Source of the DNA: Magnetococcales bacterium
GTDB lineage: Bacteria; Pseudomonadota; Magnetococcia; Magnetococcales; JADFYX01
Direction of reading: 5' to 3'
Assembly: GCA_002753565.1 (NCBI GenBank)
Contig: PEAM01000014.1
Coordinates: 12,858 to 76,857, forward strand
Length of the DNA: 64,000 bases
Both the position numbers and the translations under genes were made by a program. Numbering within the stretch: the first letter of the stretch is position 1; each line of letters begins with the position of its first letter. The notes below the pieces were generated by a model. It was not told the origin of the DNA. It searched no databases and saw only the letters and a program-made list of their open reading frames with translations. Positions 39,314-47,863 of the stretch are shown piece by piece.

Positions 39314-40510
39314 CTAGGGGTTCCAAGGAAGTTCATATCCCTCAGGTGCTACCGCTTCATTGGGGATCATCCGAAAGAATTTAATACCCAGAAGGTAGAT
39401 AACTCCCGCAATACCAATACCACCAAAGCCCAGAACAAACTCAATCAAAGCCGGGGTGTAGGTGGCAACCTGTCCATCTAAAAAGGCGCTGGAAACCTCA
39501 TAACCCGGAAACATCTTCAATGGGTAGGACTGTCCCGCCAAAAGGAGATGGGCTACAAACGCAAACGTGCCAATGATCGAAGAGAAAGAGGCAACCATTA
39601 CGCCACCAATGCTGTTGCCAAACTTGGGGTTAAACAGTACCGCCAGAGGAATAATGATCGTCGCCCCCCAAACACCAAACAGATAGAGCCACGCATAAGG
39701 ACCGGTGAGAATCCAGCTCTGTACATCATAAAAAGCCGGAGAATAATAGCGGGTAAACTTTTCGACAACCAGCAGGTAAGCAACCAAAAAAGTAAAGAAA
39801 ATAAAGGCGTTACGCAAGCCAAAAACAACCTTGTCTTCCAAGACCCGGTTGGTTCTCTTAAAGGTGGTCACCAGCAATAAAATGGAGATGGCCGTACCCG
39901 ACGAAAGAGAGATGGCAACGAAGGTTGGAGCGGTAATGGCCGAGTGAAACACCTCCCGTGCATGGATAACACCAAAAATGGAGCCGGTACCCGTGGTCAG
40001 AATCACCCGCCACAAAAAGGCGGCACTACCAATAACCTTGGTAAATTGCTGATATTCAAACATGCTCCAAAGATAGAGAAAACAGAGGAGGATAAACCCG
40101 GAATAGAGAAAAACATTCAAGGTGAACATGGAGCGAAAGTTCATGTGCATGACGGTCAGAAGCAGTCGATCAGGTCGACCAAGATCCAGCATGAGAACCG
40201 CCAAGCCACCAATCAGCAGAGCAATGGCTAAAAAAGCCGAAAATCGACCAAACTGCTTAAATTGCTTGACGGCAAAAACCGTCGACATGGAACCAACATT
40301 GAGCGCCCCCGATGCCATCACCAACAGAGAAATGGCAAACACATGGGGAATACCCCAGGCAATTTTGTTATTCATACCGGTAATGCCATGGCCGTTAATC
40401 TCTACGGCGACAAAGGCGCCTAACCCCATCAGAGCCAGAACACCCAGAAAAATCACCAGCTTCCAGTAACCAAAAGAGCGACCTTCAATCGCAGAAAATT
40501 GACTTAGCAT
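39314..40510 (-). CDS. dsrP: DsrP, NrfD/PsrC-family integral membrane quinone-interacting subunit
   Basis: 398 aa, about 10 TM helices, NrfD-like. Immediately downstream of dsrO and dsrJ. Confidence 0.8.
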   Translation of the reverse strand: MLSQFSAIEGRSFGYWKLVIFLGVLALMGLGAFVAVEINGHGITGMNNKIAWGIPHVFAISLLVMASGALNVGSMSTVFAVKQFKQFGRFSAFLAIALLIGGLAVLMLDLGRPDRLLLTVMHMNFRSMFTLNVFLYSGFILLCFLYLWSMFEYQQFTKVIGSAAFLWRVILTTGTGSIFGVIHAREVFHSAITAPTFVAISLSSGTAISILLLVTTFKRTNRVLEDKVVFGLRNAFIFFTFLVAYLLVVEKFTRYYSPAFYDVQSWILTGPYAWLYLFGVWGATIIIPLAVLFNPKFGNSIGGVMVASFSSIIGTFAFVAHLLLAGQSYPLKMFPGYEVSSAFLDGQVATYTPALIEFVLGFGGIGIAGVIYLLGIKFFRMIPNEAVAPEGYELPWNP

Positions 40511-40519
40511 TGTGCTCCC

Positions 40520-41257
40520 CTACAGCCCTTGGTAGTGAACGTGCGGTTTCAAGCCCAGATCCTCGCGGATGGTTTGGGTTTTCACCTCTCTGATTCGCAT
40601 GGCTATTTCTGATTTGGGATCGTTGAGATCACCAAAGATCATCGCCTTGTGTCCCGCATGTCCACACGCCTGCACACAGGCGGGCTGCTTACCGTCATCG
40701 ACCAGGTGGACACAAAAAGTACATTTTTCGACTACCCCCTTGGCCCGGATGGGCACATTGGGGTTTCCTCCCTCAGGAAACTCGGTCTTATGGTAGACCA
40801 AAGAGCGCGCTTTGTAAGGGCAGGCCAACATGCAGTAGCGACACCCAATACAGCGATGTTTATCAACCAGTACAATGCCATCCTTGCGGATAAAAGTGGC
40901 CTCCGTCGGGCAGACATGGGCACACGGCGGATTTTCGCAGTGGTTGCACAACACCGGCAGGCTGACGCTGGGGCGGCGGTGGTCCTTATCGCGAATCTCC
41001 AGCTTGCGAATCCAGTGGATATCCCGAGTAGGATCACCAAACAGGGGAACATTGTTCTCCTGGCGACAGGCTCGGGTACAGGCCGTGCAGTTGGATTCGC
41101 ACTTGGTTACATCGATCAACATCGCCCATCGTTGATCCCCAGAGGCTTCACTTTTGTCGGGGGGAGGGGCCGCAATCAGTGTCAGACCGGGGGCCAATGC
41201 AACCCCTGCAGCCGCCACACCACCCAAGCCCAAAACCGTTCTTCTATCCATGGTCAT
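40520..41257 (-). CDS. dsrO: DsrO, periplasmic (Tat-exported) 4Fe-4S ferredoxin-type subunit
   Basis: Tat signal MDRRTVLGLGGVAAAGVA. Several CxxCxxCxxxCP clusters (CNHCENPPCAHVCP, CIGCRYCMLACP, CTFC...C). Confidence 0.85.
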   Translation of the reverse strand: MTMDRRTVLGLGGVAAAGVALAPGLTLIAAPPPDKSEASGDQRWAMLIDVTKCESNCTACTRACRQENNVPLFGDPTRDIHWIRKLEIRDKDHRRPSVSLPVLCNHCENPPCAHVCPTEATFIRKDGIVLVDKHRCIGCRYCMLACPYKARSLVYHKTEFPEGGNPNVPIRAKGVVEKCTFCVHLVDDGKQPACVQACGHAGHKAMIFGDLNDPKSEIAMRIREVKTQTIREDLGLKPHVHYQGL

Positions 41258-41329
41258 GGTATCAATCCCTGTTTAGCTTCAAATCATATTACATACAGAC
41301 ATAAGACCTGCCGGAATGATCAGCCGGAA

Positions 41330-41722
41330 TTATTTCGGATATACGTGACACTCAAAACAGTCAGGTGAGGCACTCACATAGCCGTGACATTGGTCACAAA
41401 ATTTTTCATGGCTCTGATGACACTCTGCGCACTTGAGCAGACTCTCGGAGCGAATACGAACCCCTTGCCGAACTGTCTCTGCGCGACGGTGTTTTAAAAA
41501 GTCCATGTGATTACGACGCATCCACTCTGTCTCGCGAATGCAACTCTCCCCTTTGGCCTTTTCAAGCTGGGGGGGGCCACCGGCATAGGATGGGTGGCTA
41601 TTTGCCGATGCGTCATGATCAGGTGTGCCGCTGGCCAGAACAACAGAAGGAAGGACAAAAATTGCCCAGACCAAAACCAGCAACAGGGGAAACCGTGCGG
41701 GATATGATGGAAGAGACCTCAC
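41330..41722 (-). CDS. dsrJ: DsrJ, membrane-anchored/periplasmic tri-haem cytochrome c
   Basis: 130 aa. N-terminal hydrophobic anchor. Three CxxCH motifs (CAECH, CDQCH, CFECH). Conserved SCIRETEWMRRNHMDFLKHRR segment. Positioned upstream of dsrOP. Confidence 0.75.
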   Translation of the reverse strand: MRSLPSYPARFPLLLVLVWAIFVLPSVVLASGTPDHDASANSHPSYAGGPPQLEKAKGESCIRETEWMRRNHMDFLKHRRAETVRQGVRIRSESLLKCAECHQSHEKFCDQCHGYVSASPDCFECHVYPK

Positions 41723-41845
41723 GTACCTGCCTCCTAAGAACTAATTTGAAACGGTTTGTAAAAAAGGGACAACCAACCCCGATCGCCCAGTTTTGCCTGT
41801 TAAACAGAGCAAAAAAAGGGCCGATCCAAGGGGGTGATTATCTCA

Positions 41846-42148
41846 TTACAACCAGGAGTGGATCTTATGCTTTTCCACCAAATCCACAAAACCGGCGTAG
41901 TCGGTGATCTGCACGCCGTCAATCAGGCTGGTCAAGGCGCGGGCTTTCAGGTCGGCACTCAAGGCAAACACCTCGGTTCCTCCCTTGACTGCCTCTTCGA
42001 TAACAGAAGATTTGCTCGATCCGCTCATGGCAGCATAGACCCCATCTTCCAGGAGAAGAATGATATCTCCGCTGGCGACAAAGCGCATGCAGCTTTCCAG
42101 CGCACTGTTTTGAAAGGGAGATTTATTAATAGTATGAAGCATTTTCAT
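41846..42148 (-). CDS. dsrH: DsrH sulfur-relay protein
   Basis: 100 aa. MLHTINKSPF...LESCMRF (Cys20 present) ... DYAGFVDL, which aligns closely with Allochromatium DsrH as I remember it. Confidence 0.85.
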   Translation of the reverse strand: MKMLHTINKSPFQNSALESCMRFVASGDIILLLEDGVYAAMSGSSKSSVIEEAVKGGTEVFALSADLKARALTSLIDGVQITDYAGFVDLVEKHKIHSWL

Positions 42149-42155
42149 GTCCCCC

Positions 42156-42557
42156 CTAGAATGCCATAATGTTGTGTTGTTCAGCCATCATGGCTGCGAT
42201 CTCTTTGGAATCCACCACTTTTGGCTTGATGGGTGCCTCGGTCTCTTCATCCTCTCCGATCACCAGGAGATCATCGGCAGTCATACCGCGATCTTCCATG
42301 GATTGACGATCGACAAAGACATTTTCGATCTCGTAGTCGACAAACACACCGTAGGTTTTCTCGAAACCTTTAATACCCAACTCATCGGTATTCTGTCCCT
42401 GTTTAAGAGCCAAAACCCCATCATCCATGAAAACCACAGAGATGTCGGCATCGTAGGCCGCCATGATGAGTTTAACCTCCAGCCCCTCATACACATAGAT
42501 CGTGCCGTGGGGAGCCTTACGGACGGTGAACATGATTTTTTTGATATCTTCCGACAT
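42156..42557 (-). CDS. dsrF: DsrF sulfur-relay protein
   Basis: 133 aa. DsrE/F fold (IMFTVRKAPHGTIYVYEGLEV...VFMDDGV). Lies between dsrE and dsrH. Confidence 0.85.
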   Translation of the reverse strand: MSEDIKKIMFTVRKAPHGTIYVYEGLEVKLIMAAYDADISVVFMDDGVLALKQGQNTDELGIKGFEKTYGVFVDYEIENVFVDRQSMEDRGMTADDLLVIGEDEETEAPIKPKVVDSKEIAAMMAEQHNIMAF

Positions 42558-42573
42558 AATGCTATGCTCTCCC

Positions 42574-42930
42574 TTAATCCCCGAAGGTCACCATACGGTC
42601 TGCTTCAATCGCCATCATGGTCAACTGACCCAGGCCCGAAATCCGCACGTTATCGACAAGAACATCGTCCACAATACCCCGACGTTTTGCCGCCGCAATA
42701 CAGACAACAATATCGATGCCCGTTGCACCCAGCTCCGACCAGCGATTGGCAATGTGCCGGTCGTCCTGAGGGGGTTCCATCAGCTTGGTGACGTTGTATA
42801 CCCCATCGTGGTAGAAGAAGATGCCCCGAATTTCATGCCCTTTATCGATTACTGCTTTGATAAAATGGTAGGCACTATCAGAAGCCTCATGGTTATAAGG
42901 TCCTTCATAGATGCAGACTGCTAGTTTCAT
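42574..42930 (-). CDS. dsrE: DsrE sulfur-relay protein
   Basis: Start MKLAVCIYEGPY with GGAGGAAGG upstream. Active-site Cys in IDIVVCIAAAKRRGI. The 27 upstream codons in the ORF track were rejected. Confidence 0.85.
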   Translation of the reverse strand: MKLAVCIYEGPYNHEASDSAYHFIKAVIDKGHEIRGIFFYHDGVYNVTKLMEPPQDDRHIANRWSELGATGIDIVVCIAAAKRRGIVDDVLVDNVRISGLGQLTMMAIEADRMVTFGD

Positions 42931-43111
42931 ACTTGCCTTCCTCCAGTTCTTGCCACGGGAGACAATCCCGTTAAAAAAAGCCCAGTAAAAATCGCCCAAA
43001 ACCACTGACAAAGACCGCTGGAAGCCGACTCCTTGCCAGTTATTTAGAATATTAGTATATCACGATCTGATAATATTGAAATGAATAATTTACAGCAGAA
43101 GGATAATTCTC

Positions 43112-44509
43112 TCAACCTTCGAATGGCGCCACTTTTCTTTGCCGCCAAAACGCCGCCAAAAATGGCGCCCAACCCTCTGCCCCTGCCGAATGAATATGGG
43201 CATAGGAGGCGAAGACATTTTTGTAGAGAATACCATCGTTCTGCCCATCCACCCCAAAACCCCGGGTGACCCGATAGGCAAAACGGACCCCCTCACCTAC
43301 CCTGACCACTCGGGAATAGTGAAACTCATGACAGCGAACCGGCTCCCCCTTTCCCGGCCAGGATACATTTCCTGTCCCTTCAAGCTCCATGAAGCCATAC
43401 CCTTGCGGACGTCGGTGCATGACAATATCAATGGGAAGCGCGCCGGCAAACCTGGCCGTGCGATCCTGCCACTGAATCTGCTCAGCCAACACCATCAACC
43501 CACCACACTCCGCATAGACCGGAAAGCCCCGCTCAACGTGGTCTCGAATATCTCTCATCAACGAGCGATTGGCCGCCAGCTCCTCCATGAACATTTCGGG
43601 AAACCCCCCACCGATAAACAGACCATCAGCCTCAGGAAGTTGCGCATCCCGCAACATGGAGAAAGGGATAAGCTCCACCCCTTCGGCCTGAAGGGCCTCC
43701 AGATTATCCGGATAATAGAAGTGAAAGGCCCGATCCGCTGCATAGGCGACCCGGACCGGTGGCAGTTTGGATGGCGAACAAGGAGGGGCCGCAGCCCAAT
43801 CCAACGGGGCGGCCGATTGGGCCAGGGTGATGATGCGATCCAGATCCACATGGGCGGCGACAAAGGCGCCAATCACACCGATCCGATCTGCCAATTCCTC
43901 CCGCTCACCGACCGGTTCCAGACCCAGATGCCTCTCATCAATCACCACCTTGGCACTGCGAGGCAGCACCCCAAGAATCGGAGCTGAACAGTACCGATCG
44001 ATGGCAGCACGCAGCCGCTTTTCATGGCGAGGCGTGGCGACATTATTGAGAACCAACCCCTTGATGGAAGCCCCACCGGGAAAATCTTGCAGACCTCGCA
44101 CCAGCGGGGCGACCCCTCGGGCAATTCCCTGACAGTCCACCACCAGCAAAACCGGAGATTGGAGAGATTCTGCCAAGCCCGCCCCACAGTCACTTCCCTC
44201 GATATCCTGACCATCATAAAGGCCATGATTGCCCTCAATGAGAGAGATGTCAGCCCCCATCCCATTGCGGACAAACCGCTCCTGGACAACAGCTCGCCCC
44301 ATCAGAAAAATATCCAGATTGCGGCAATCCCGACCATTGGCAGCCAAGGTCAACCAGCGAGGGTCAATAAAATCCGGACCTTTTTTAAAAGGCTGCACAA
44401 TCAACCCTTTGGCCGTCAGGGCTGCTGTCAAGCCGATGGATAGCAGGGTTTTGCCGGAACTCTTTCGGGGAGCGGCTACCATTAGACGGGGGAAAAGGTG
44501 TTGTGTCAT
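43112..44509 (-). CDS. dsrN: Cobyrinate a,c-diamide synthase family amidase (DsrN-like, predicted sirohaem amidase)
   Basis: 465 aa. N-terminal P-loop ATPase (APRKSSGKT) and a C-terminal glutamine amidotransferase domain (ECGGLM). It leads the dsrEFH-JOP gene string. Confidence 0.8.
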   Translation of the reverse strand: MTQHLFPRLMVAAPRKSSGKTLLSIGLTAALTAKGLIVQPFKKGPDFIDPRWLTLAANGRDCRNLDIFLMGRAVVQERFVRNGMGADISLIEGNHGLYDGQDIEGSDCGAGLAESLQSPVLLVVDCQGIARGVAPLVRGLQDFPGGASIKGLVLNNVATPRHEKRLRAAIDRYCSAPILGVLPRSAKVVIDERHLGLEPVGEREELADRIGVIGAFVAAHVDLDRIITLAQSAAPLDWAAAPPCSPSKLPPVRVAYAADRAFHFYYPDNLEALQAEGVELIPFSMLRDAQLPEADGLFIGGGFPEMFMEELAANRSLMRDIRDHVERGFPVYAECGGLMVLAEQIQWQDRTARFAGALPIDIVMHRRPQGYGFMELEGTGNVSWPGKGEPVRCHEFHYSRVVRVGEGVRFAYRVTRGFGVDGQNDGILYKNVFASYAHIHSAGAEGWAPFLAAFWRQRKVAPFEG

Positions 44510-44721
44510 GGGAGTGTTGTCACTATGGTTGCACAGTGGAAAAGTGGACCCTTCCCCGATAACTATTCTGATCAGGAGAGATCCAACGAGGGGTCCAGGC
44601 GAGAGGTGGAACCCTTATTGAGCGGGGAAAGAATAAGGGATTATACCCTGAAAGACAAAGGTACCCCTTTTACCACCACACATTTGGCAGAAAAACATCT
44701 TTTCAGACAGGGCAGGCAACC

Positions 44722-45702
44722 GTGCAAAAAAAGAGCGTCGGCGTACTTCTCCTACAACTTGGCACTCCCGATGAGCCAACCCCTTCGGCGGTGCGTCGTT
44801 ATCTGGCCGAGTTTTTATCCGACCCTCGGGTGGTGGACCTCTCCCGGTGGCTCTGGCTCCCCCTGCTTCACGGAATAATTCTGCGCCGTCGGCCCCCTCG
44901 TTCTGCCGCTCTCTATCAAAAAATCTGGCGCCAGGACGGCCTCTCCCCTCTGCTCTACTTTACCCAGCAGCAACAAAAAGGGGTTGAGGCGGCTCTAGGT
45001 AAAGAGGTGATGGTCCGGTTTGCCATGCGTTATGGCAATCCCAGCCTGAACAAGGTGCTGGATGAGATGATGGCAGCCGGGGTGACCAGGTTGCTGATTT
45101 TTCCTCTTTATCCACAGTTTTCCGCCTCGACAACCGGCTCGGCTCTTGATGGTGTTCAGCGCTATTTTGCCCAGAAACGCGCTATTCCAACCCTCCGTTT
45201 TGCTCAACCTTTTTATGATCACCCCCTCTATATCAAAGCGTTGGCAAAGCCGATCAACAAAAATCCGACCAAAAAAGACAAACCCTTTTATCTGTTCACT
45301 TTTCACGGCCTTCCCCAACGACATGCCGATGAGGGGGACCCCTACCCGGATCAGTGCCGGATTACCGCCGAAAAGCTGGCCAAAGCCCTCTCTCTTCCCT
45401 CCGACCGCTGGCGGCTGACCTTTCAATCTCGTTTTGGTCGAGACCCCTGGCTTCTGCCAGCTACGGATGCCGAGTTGGCTCGTCTTCCGGCCCAGGGGCA
45501 CACCCAGGTTGTGGCGGTCTGCCCCGGCTTTGTCTCAGACTGCCTGGAGACCCTGGAGGAGATTGCCCAAGGAGGAGAAGCCCATTTTTTACGCTCAGGA
45601 GGAGAGCGTTTCCACTGCCTCCCCTGCCTGAACGATAACCCCTCTTGGCTATCGGCCCTATCCCAAATGGTTGCGGCAGAACTCTCCGGCTGGGAAAAAT
45701 GA
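44722..45702 (+). CDS. hemH: Ferrochelatase
   Basis: 326 aa, GTG start. GVLLLQLGTPDEPT, RYLAEFLSDPRVVD, PLYPQFS and HGLP motifs. Confidence 0.9.
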   Translation: MQKKSVGVLLLQLGTPDEPTPSAVRRYLAEFLSDPRVVDLSRWLWLPLLHGIILRRRPPRSAALYQKIWRQDGLSPLLYFTQQQQKGVEAALGKEVMVRFAMRYGNPSLNKVLDEMMAAGVTRLLIFPLYPQFSASTTGSALDGVQRYFAQKRAIPTLRFAQPFYDHPLYIKALAKPINKNPTKKDKPFYLFTFHGLPQRHADEGDPYPDQCRITAEKLAKALSLPSDRWRLTFQSRFGRDPWLLPATDAELARLPAQGHTQVVAVCPGFVSDCLETLEEIAQGGEAHFLRSGGERFHCLPCLNDNPSWLSALSQMVAAELSGWEK

Positions 45703-45851
45703 TGGGGATGTCGACTCTTTTTCCTGGAGTAGACGGAAAAACATGACAATATCCCTCTAAACTTGTAGACTTAGCTGATCAAATATGTTAGGGATTTATT
45801 GTTTAGAGAAGCACACTTTTTTCCCATTTCAAGCGCTGAAGGTAGCCAATA

Positions 45852-46331
45852 ATGATTTCCATCCCCCAACTACAATCCTTGGATGAAGCCCAACTGCTTG
45901 TCGAGGAGTTGGTAGGAAAAGTAGACGAGGCCAGTGCCGACCTCAACACGGCCAGTGAGTTCTCCCACAAAAACACCCAGGTCATCGAAAAACTGGCTGC
46001 TGCTGCTCTGGAGATTGGCAAAGCGGTTAAAATGATTAAAAATATTGCTGGTCAAACCAACATGCTGGCCCTGAATGCCGCCATCGAAGCAGCGGGGGCA
46101 GGTGAAGCGGGCAAAGGGTTTGCGGTGGTGGCCAACGAGGTGAAGGATCTGGCTAGACAGACGGCGGAAGCGACCAATCTCATCTCCCAAAAAATGGCGG
46201 AGATCCAAAAAAATTCTGTTGAAGCCTCCAGTATTGCCAAGGAGATTACCGGCAGCGTGGATAAGGTCCGGGACTCCAACAACGAAATTCTTCAAACCGC
46301 CCAAGACTCCGCTGCGGCTCAGGGCCTTTAA
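45852..46331 (+). CDS. Mini methyl-accepting-chemotaxis-like protein: signalling hairpin tip only (159 aa, no TM, sensor or HAMP)
   Basis: [44 protein letters not shown] is the MCP tip motif. GAAGG lies 8 nt upstream of the ATG. It has its own hairpin terminator. It is a paralog of residues ~430-560 of the large MCP at 47864. Confidence 0.7.
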   Translation: MISIPQLQSLDEAQLLVEELVGKVDEASADLNTASEFSHKNTQVIEKLAAAALEIGKAVKMIKNIAGQTNMLALNAAIEAAGAGEAGKGFAVVANEVKDLARQTAEATNLISQKMAEIQKNSVEASSIAKEITGSVDKVRDSNNEILQTAQDSAAAQGL

Positions 46332-46361
46332 TAGCCCTCTTCCCCCCAACCGGCACACCTT

Positions 46362-46409
46362 AATCGCCCAACCTCTCCCCCAGGGAGGGTTGGGCGATTG
46401 TTTATTTTT
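46362..46409 (+). terminator. Rho-independent terminator of the mini-MCP gene (overlaps the 3' end of the convergent DUF935 gene)
   Basis: Stem aatcgcccaacc / ggttgggcgatt (12 bp), followed by gtttattttt. Confidence 0.7.
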
Positions 46410-47571
46410 GCTCCTGCCACCCCTCCCCATAGGTCTCTTGAATGTAGTCCAAGGTGGGGCGAAAACCCATTTCGAACAATATCTTATCCCGTTGAGCCTG
46501 GGGGTGGAGATCTTTCTCATCTCGAATACGTCGCCAGACACGGGGCGGAGCGGCCCGAGGGTGGTTCCAGGCCGTCAACCAGCGGGCGACGCTGTTGTTG
46601 AAACTGGTTGATACCACACGGGCATCTCGTCTTAGCACCTCATCCCGAACCGACTTCTGCACCTGAGCCTTATACTGACCTCCGGCACTCTCGGTGGTCA
46701 TGGTTTGGGAGAGCACCACTTTGGCAATCGCTCCGTTCATCCGGTCCAAAAACTGTTCATACCCCACGTTGCCGCCTCGGGTCGCCTCGATCAACTCCAC
46801 CTGCATCCCCTCGGGAACAATAATACCGGAGTCGGCTTGGATGGCTCTAAGAGCCGAAAGAAGCCGCTGCCTCTCCTCCTCGGTGGCATTGGCCGGGTAA
46901 GAGCCTTTGGCGGTAGGCATACCAAATTTATCCATGAAAATGGACCACATCTTGATGCCGTTGCGCTTAAAATAGACCGGCCAATAGAGCCAGTGGGCCA
47001 ACCCCAGTCCATACGGTTCGTCATCATTATCGGCTCCGGTGGAAAAATGCCAGAACTTGTGGGGGGGTAACAGCTCCCCTTGATACTGATTAACCAACCG
47101 AAGCACCAGGTTCCCCTGATTATCGAAGGCAAATCGCTTCTGTTTTCTCACCCGCAGGTCGGCAAGCTCCACCAACCCATTGCGCCGCTCCCAGAGACAC
47201 TCTGCCACTGAATAGCCGTAAAAAATACCGTAGAGCATTTTATCGGTGATGGCATCCCAGTCGATGCGCACAAGCATATCGCGAAGATGATCTGCGGCTC
47301 GTTGACTCTCCTTGCGGTCATCTCCTGGCACCACGCCCCACTCCGCCGATGTGACCGACATGCGTCGCTGCTGGAAGGTAGAGGCCACCTGATCGTCACG
47401 CAGAAGATCTTCATAAAGAGCATAATCTCCCCCTCGCCCCTGTAAGACCGTGTCTTGTGGCACCAGAAGGGCAGAGGCTGCCAGAAAAGGGCGGGTGATA
47501 TCACGCCCCTCTCTGCCCGGCGAAACCTCTCGCATCAGAGGTTTACTGTTTTTGGCCAAATTCTGTGTCAT
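46402..47571 (-). CDS. DUF935 / phage Mu gp29-type portal-like protein (orphan)
   Basis: 389 aa. Family-typical blocks: YEDLLRDDQVASTFQQRR, GYSVAECLWE, HKFWHFS, WSIFMDKFGMPTAKGSY, IVPEGMQVELIE, LSQTMTTESAGG.YKAQVQKSVRDEVLRRDA. GGGAG SD upstream. Confidence 0.8.
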   Translation of the reverse strand: MTQNLAKNSKPLMREVSPGREGRDITRPFLAASALLVPQDTVLQGRGGDYALYEDLLRDDQVASTFQQRRMSVTSAEWGVVPGDDRKESQRAADHLRDMLVRIDWDAITDKMLYGIFYGYSVAECLWERRNGLVELADLRVRKQKRFAFDNQGNLVLRLVNQYQGELLPPHKFWHFSTGADNDDEPYGLGLAHWLYWPVYFKRNGIKMWSIFMDKFGMPTAKGSYPANATEEERQRLLSALRAIQADSGIIVPEGMQVELIEATRGGNVGYEQFLDRMNGAIAKVVLSQTMTTESAGGQYKAQVQKSVRDEVLRRDARVVSTSFNNSVARWLTAWNHPRAAPPRVWRRIRDEKDLHPQAQRDKILFEMGFRPTLDYIQETYGEGWQEQK

Positions 47572-47863
47572 CCATCTTACTCCCTATAGACATGAAAACC
47601 CTTTATTTTTCTCAATGATATACGTGCAAACTACCCAGTAATCTGCCTAATAAAAAGTTGAAGAGGTTCCACAAAACAGGCTCCACCCTATCGATAGGTG
47701 AGGAAAAGAGCGCGCCAAAAGGGAATAACCCTATATTTTTCCTTTATCATCGCACTATCATTCATTAATTTATTATTGTGGTTATTCTAATAATTTAATC
47801 TGCCAAGCTAGCTCCGGCTTATCGATATTACATCTGCCCAACACCACAGGAACCAACCAAAAC

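Noticed and set aside
43139-43987. 282-aa ORF antisense to dsrN. Similar long antisense ORFs occur at 40649..41368, 19470..20093, 17853..18452, 58669..59553, 47828..48520, 45870..46541 and 12793..14220
   Set aside because: All are embedded opposite genes with clear homology. They have Arg/Pro/Gly-rich nonsense-like translations and no SD or family resemblance.
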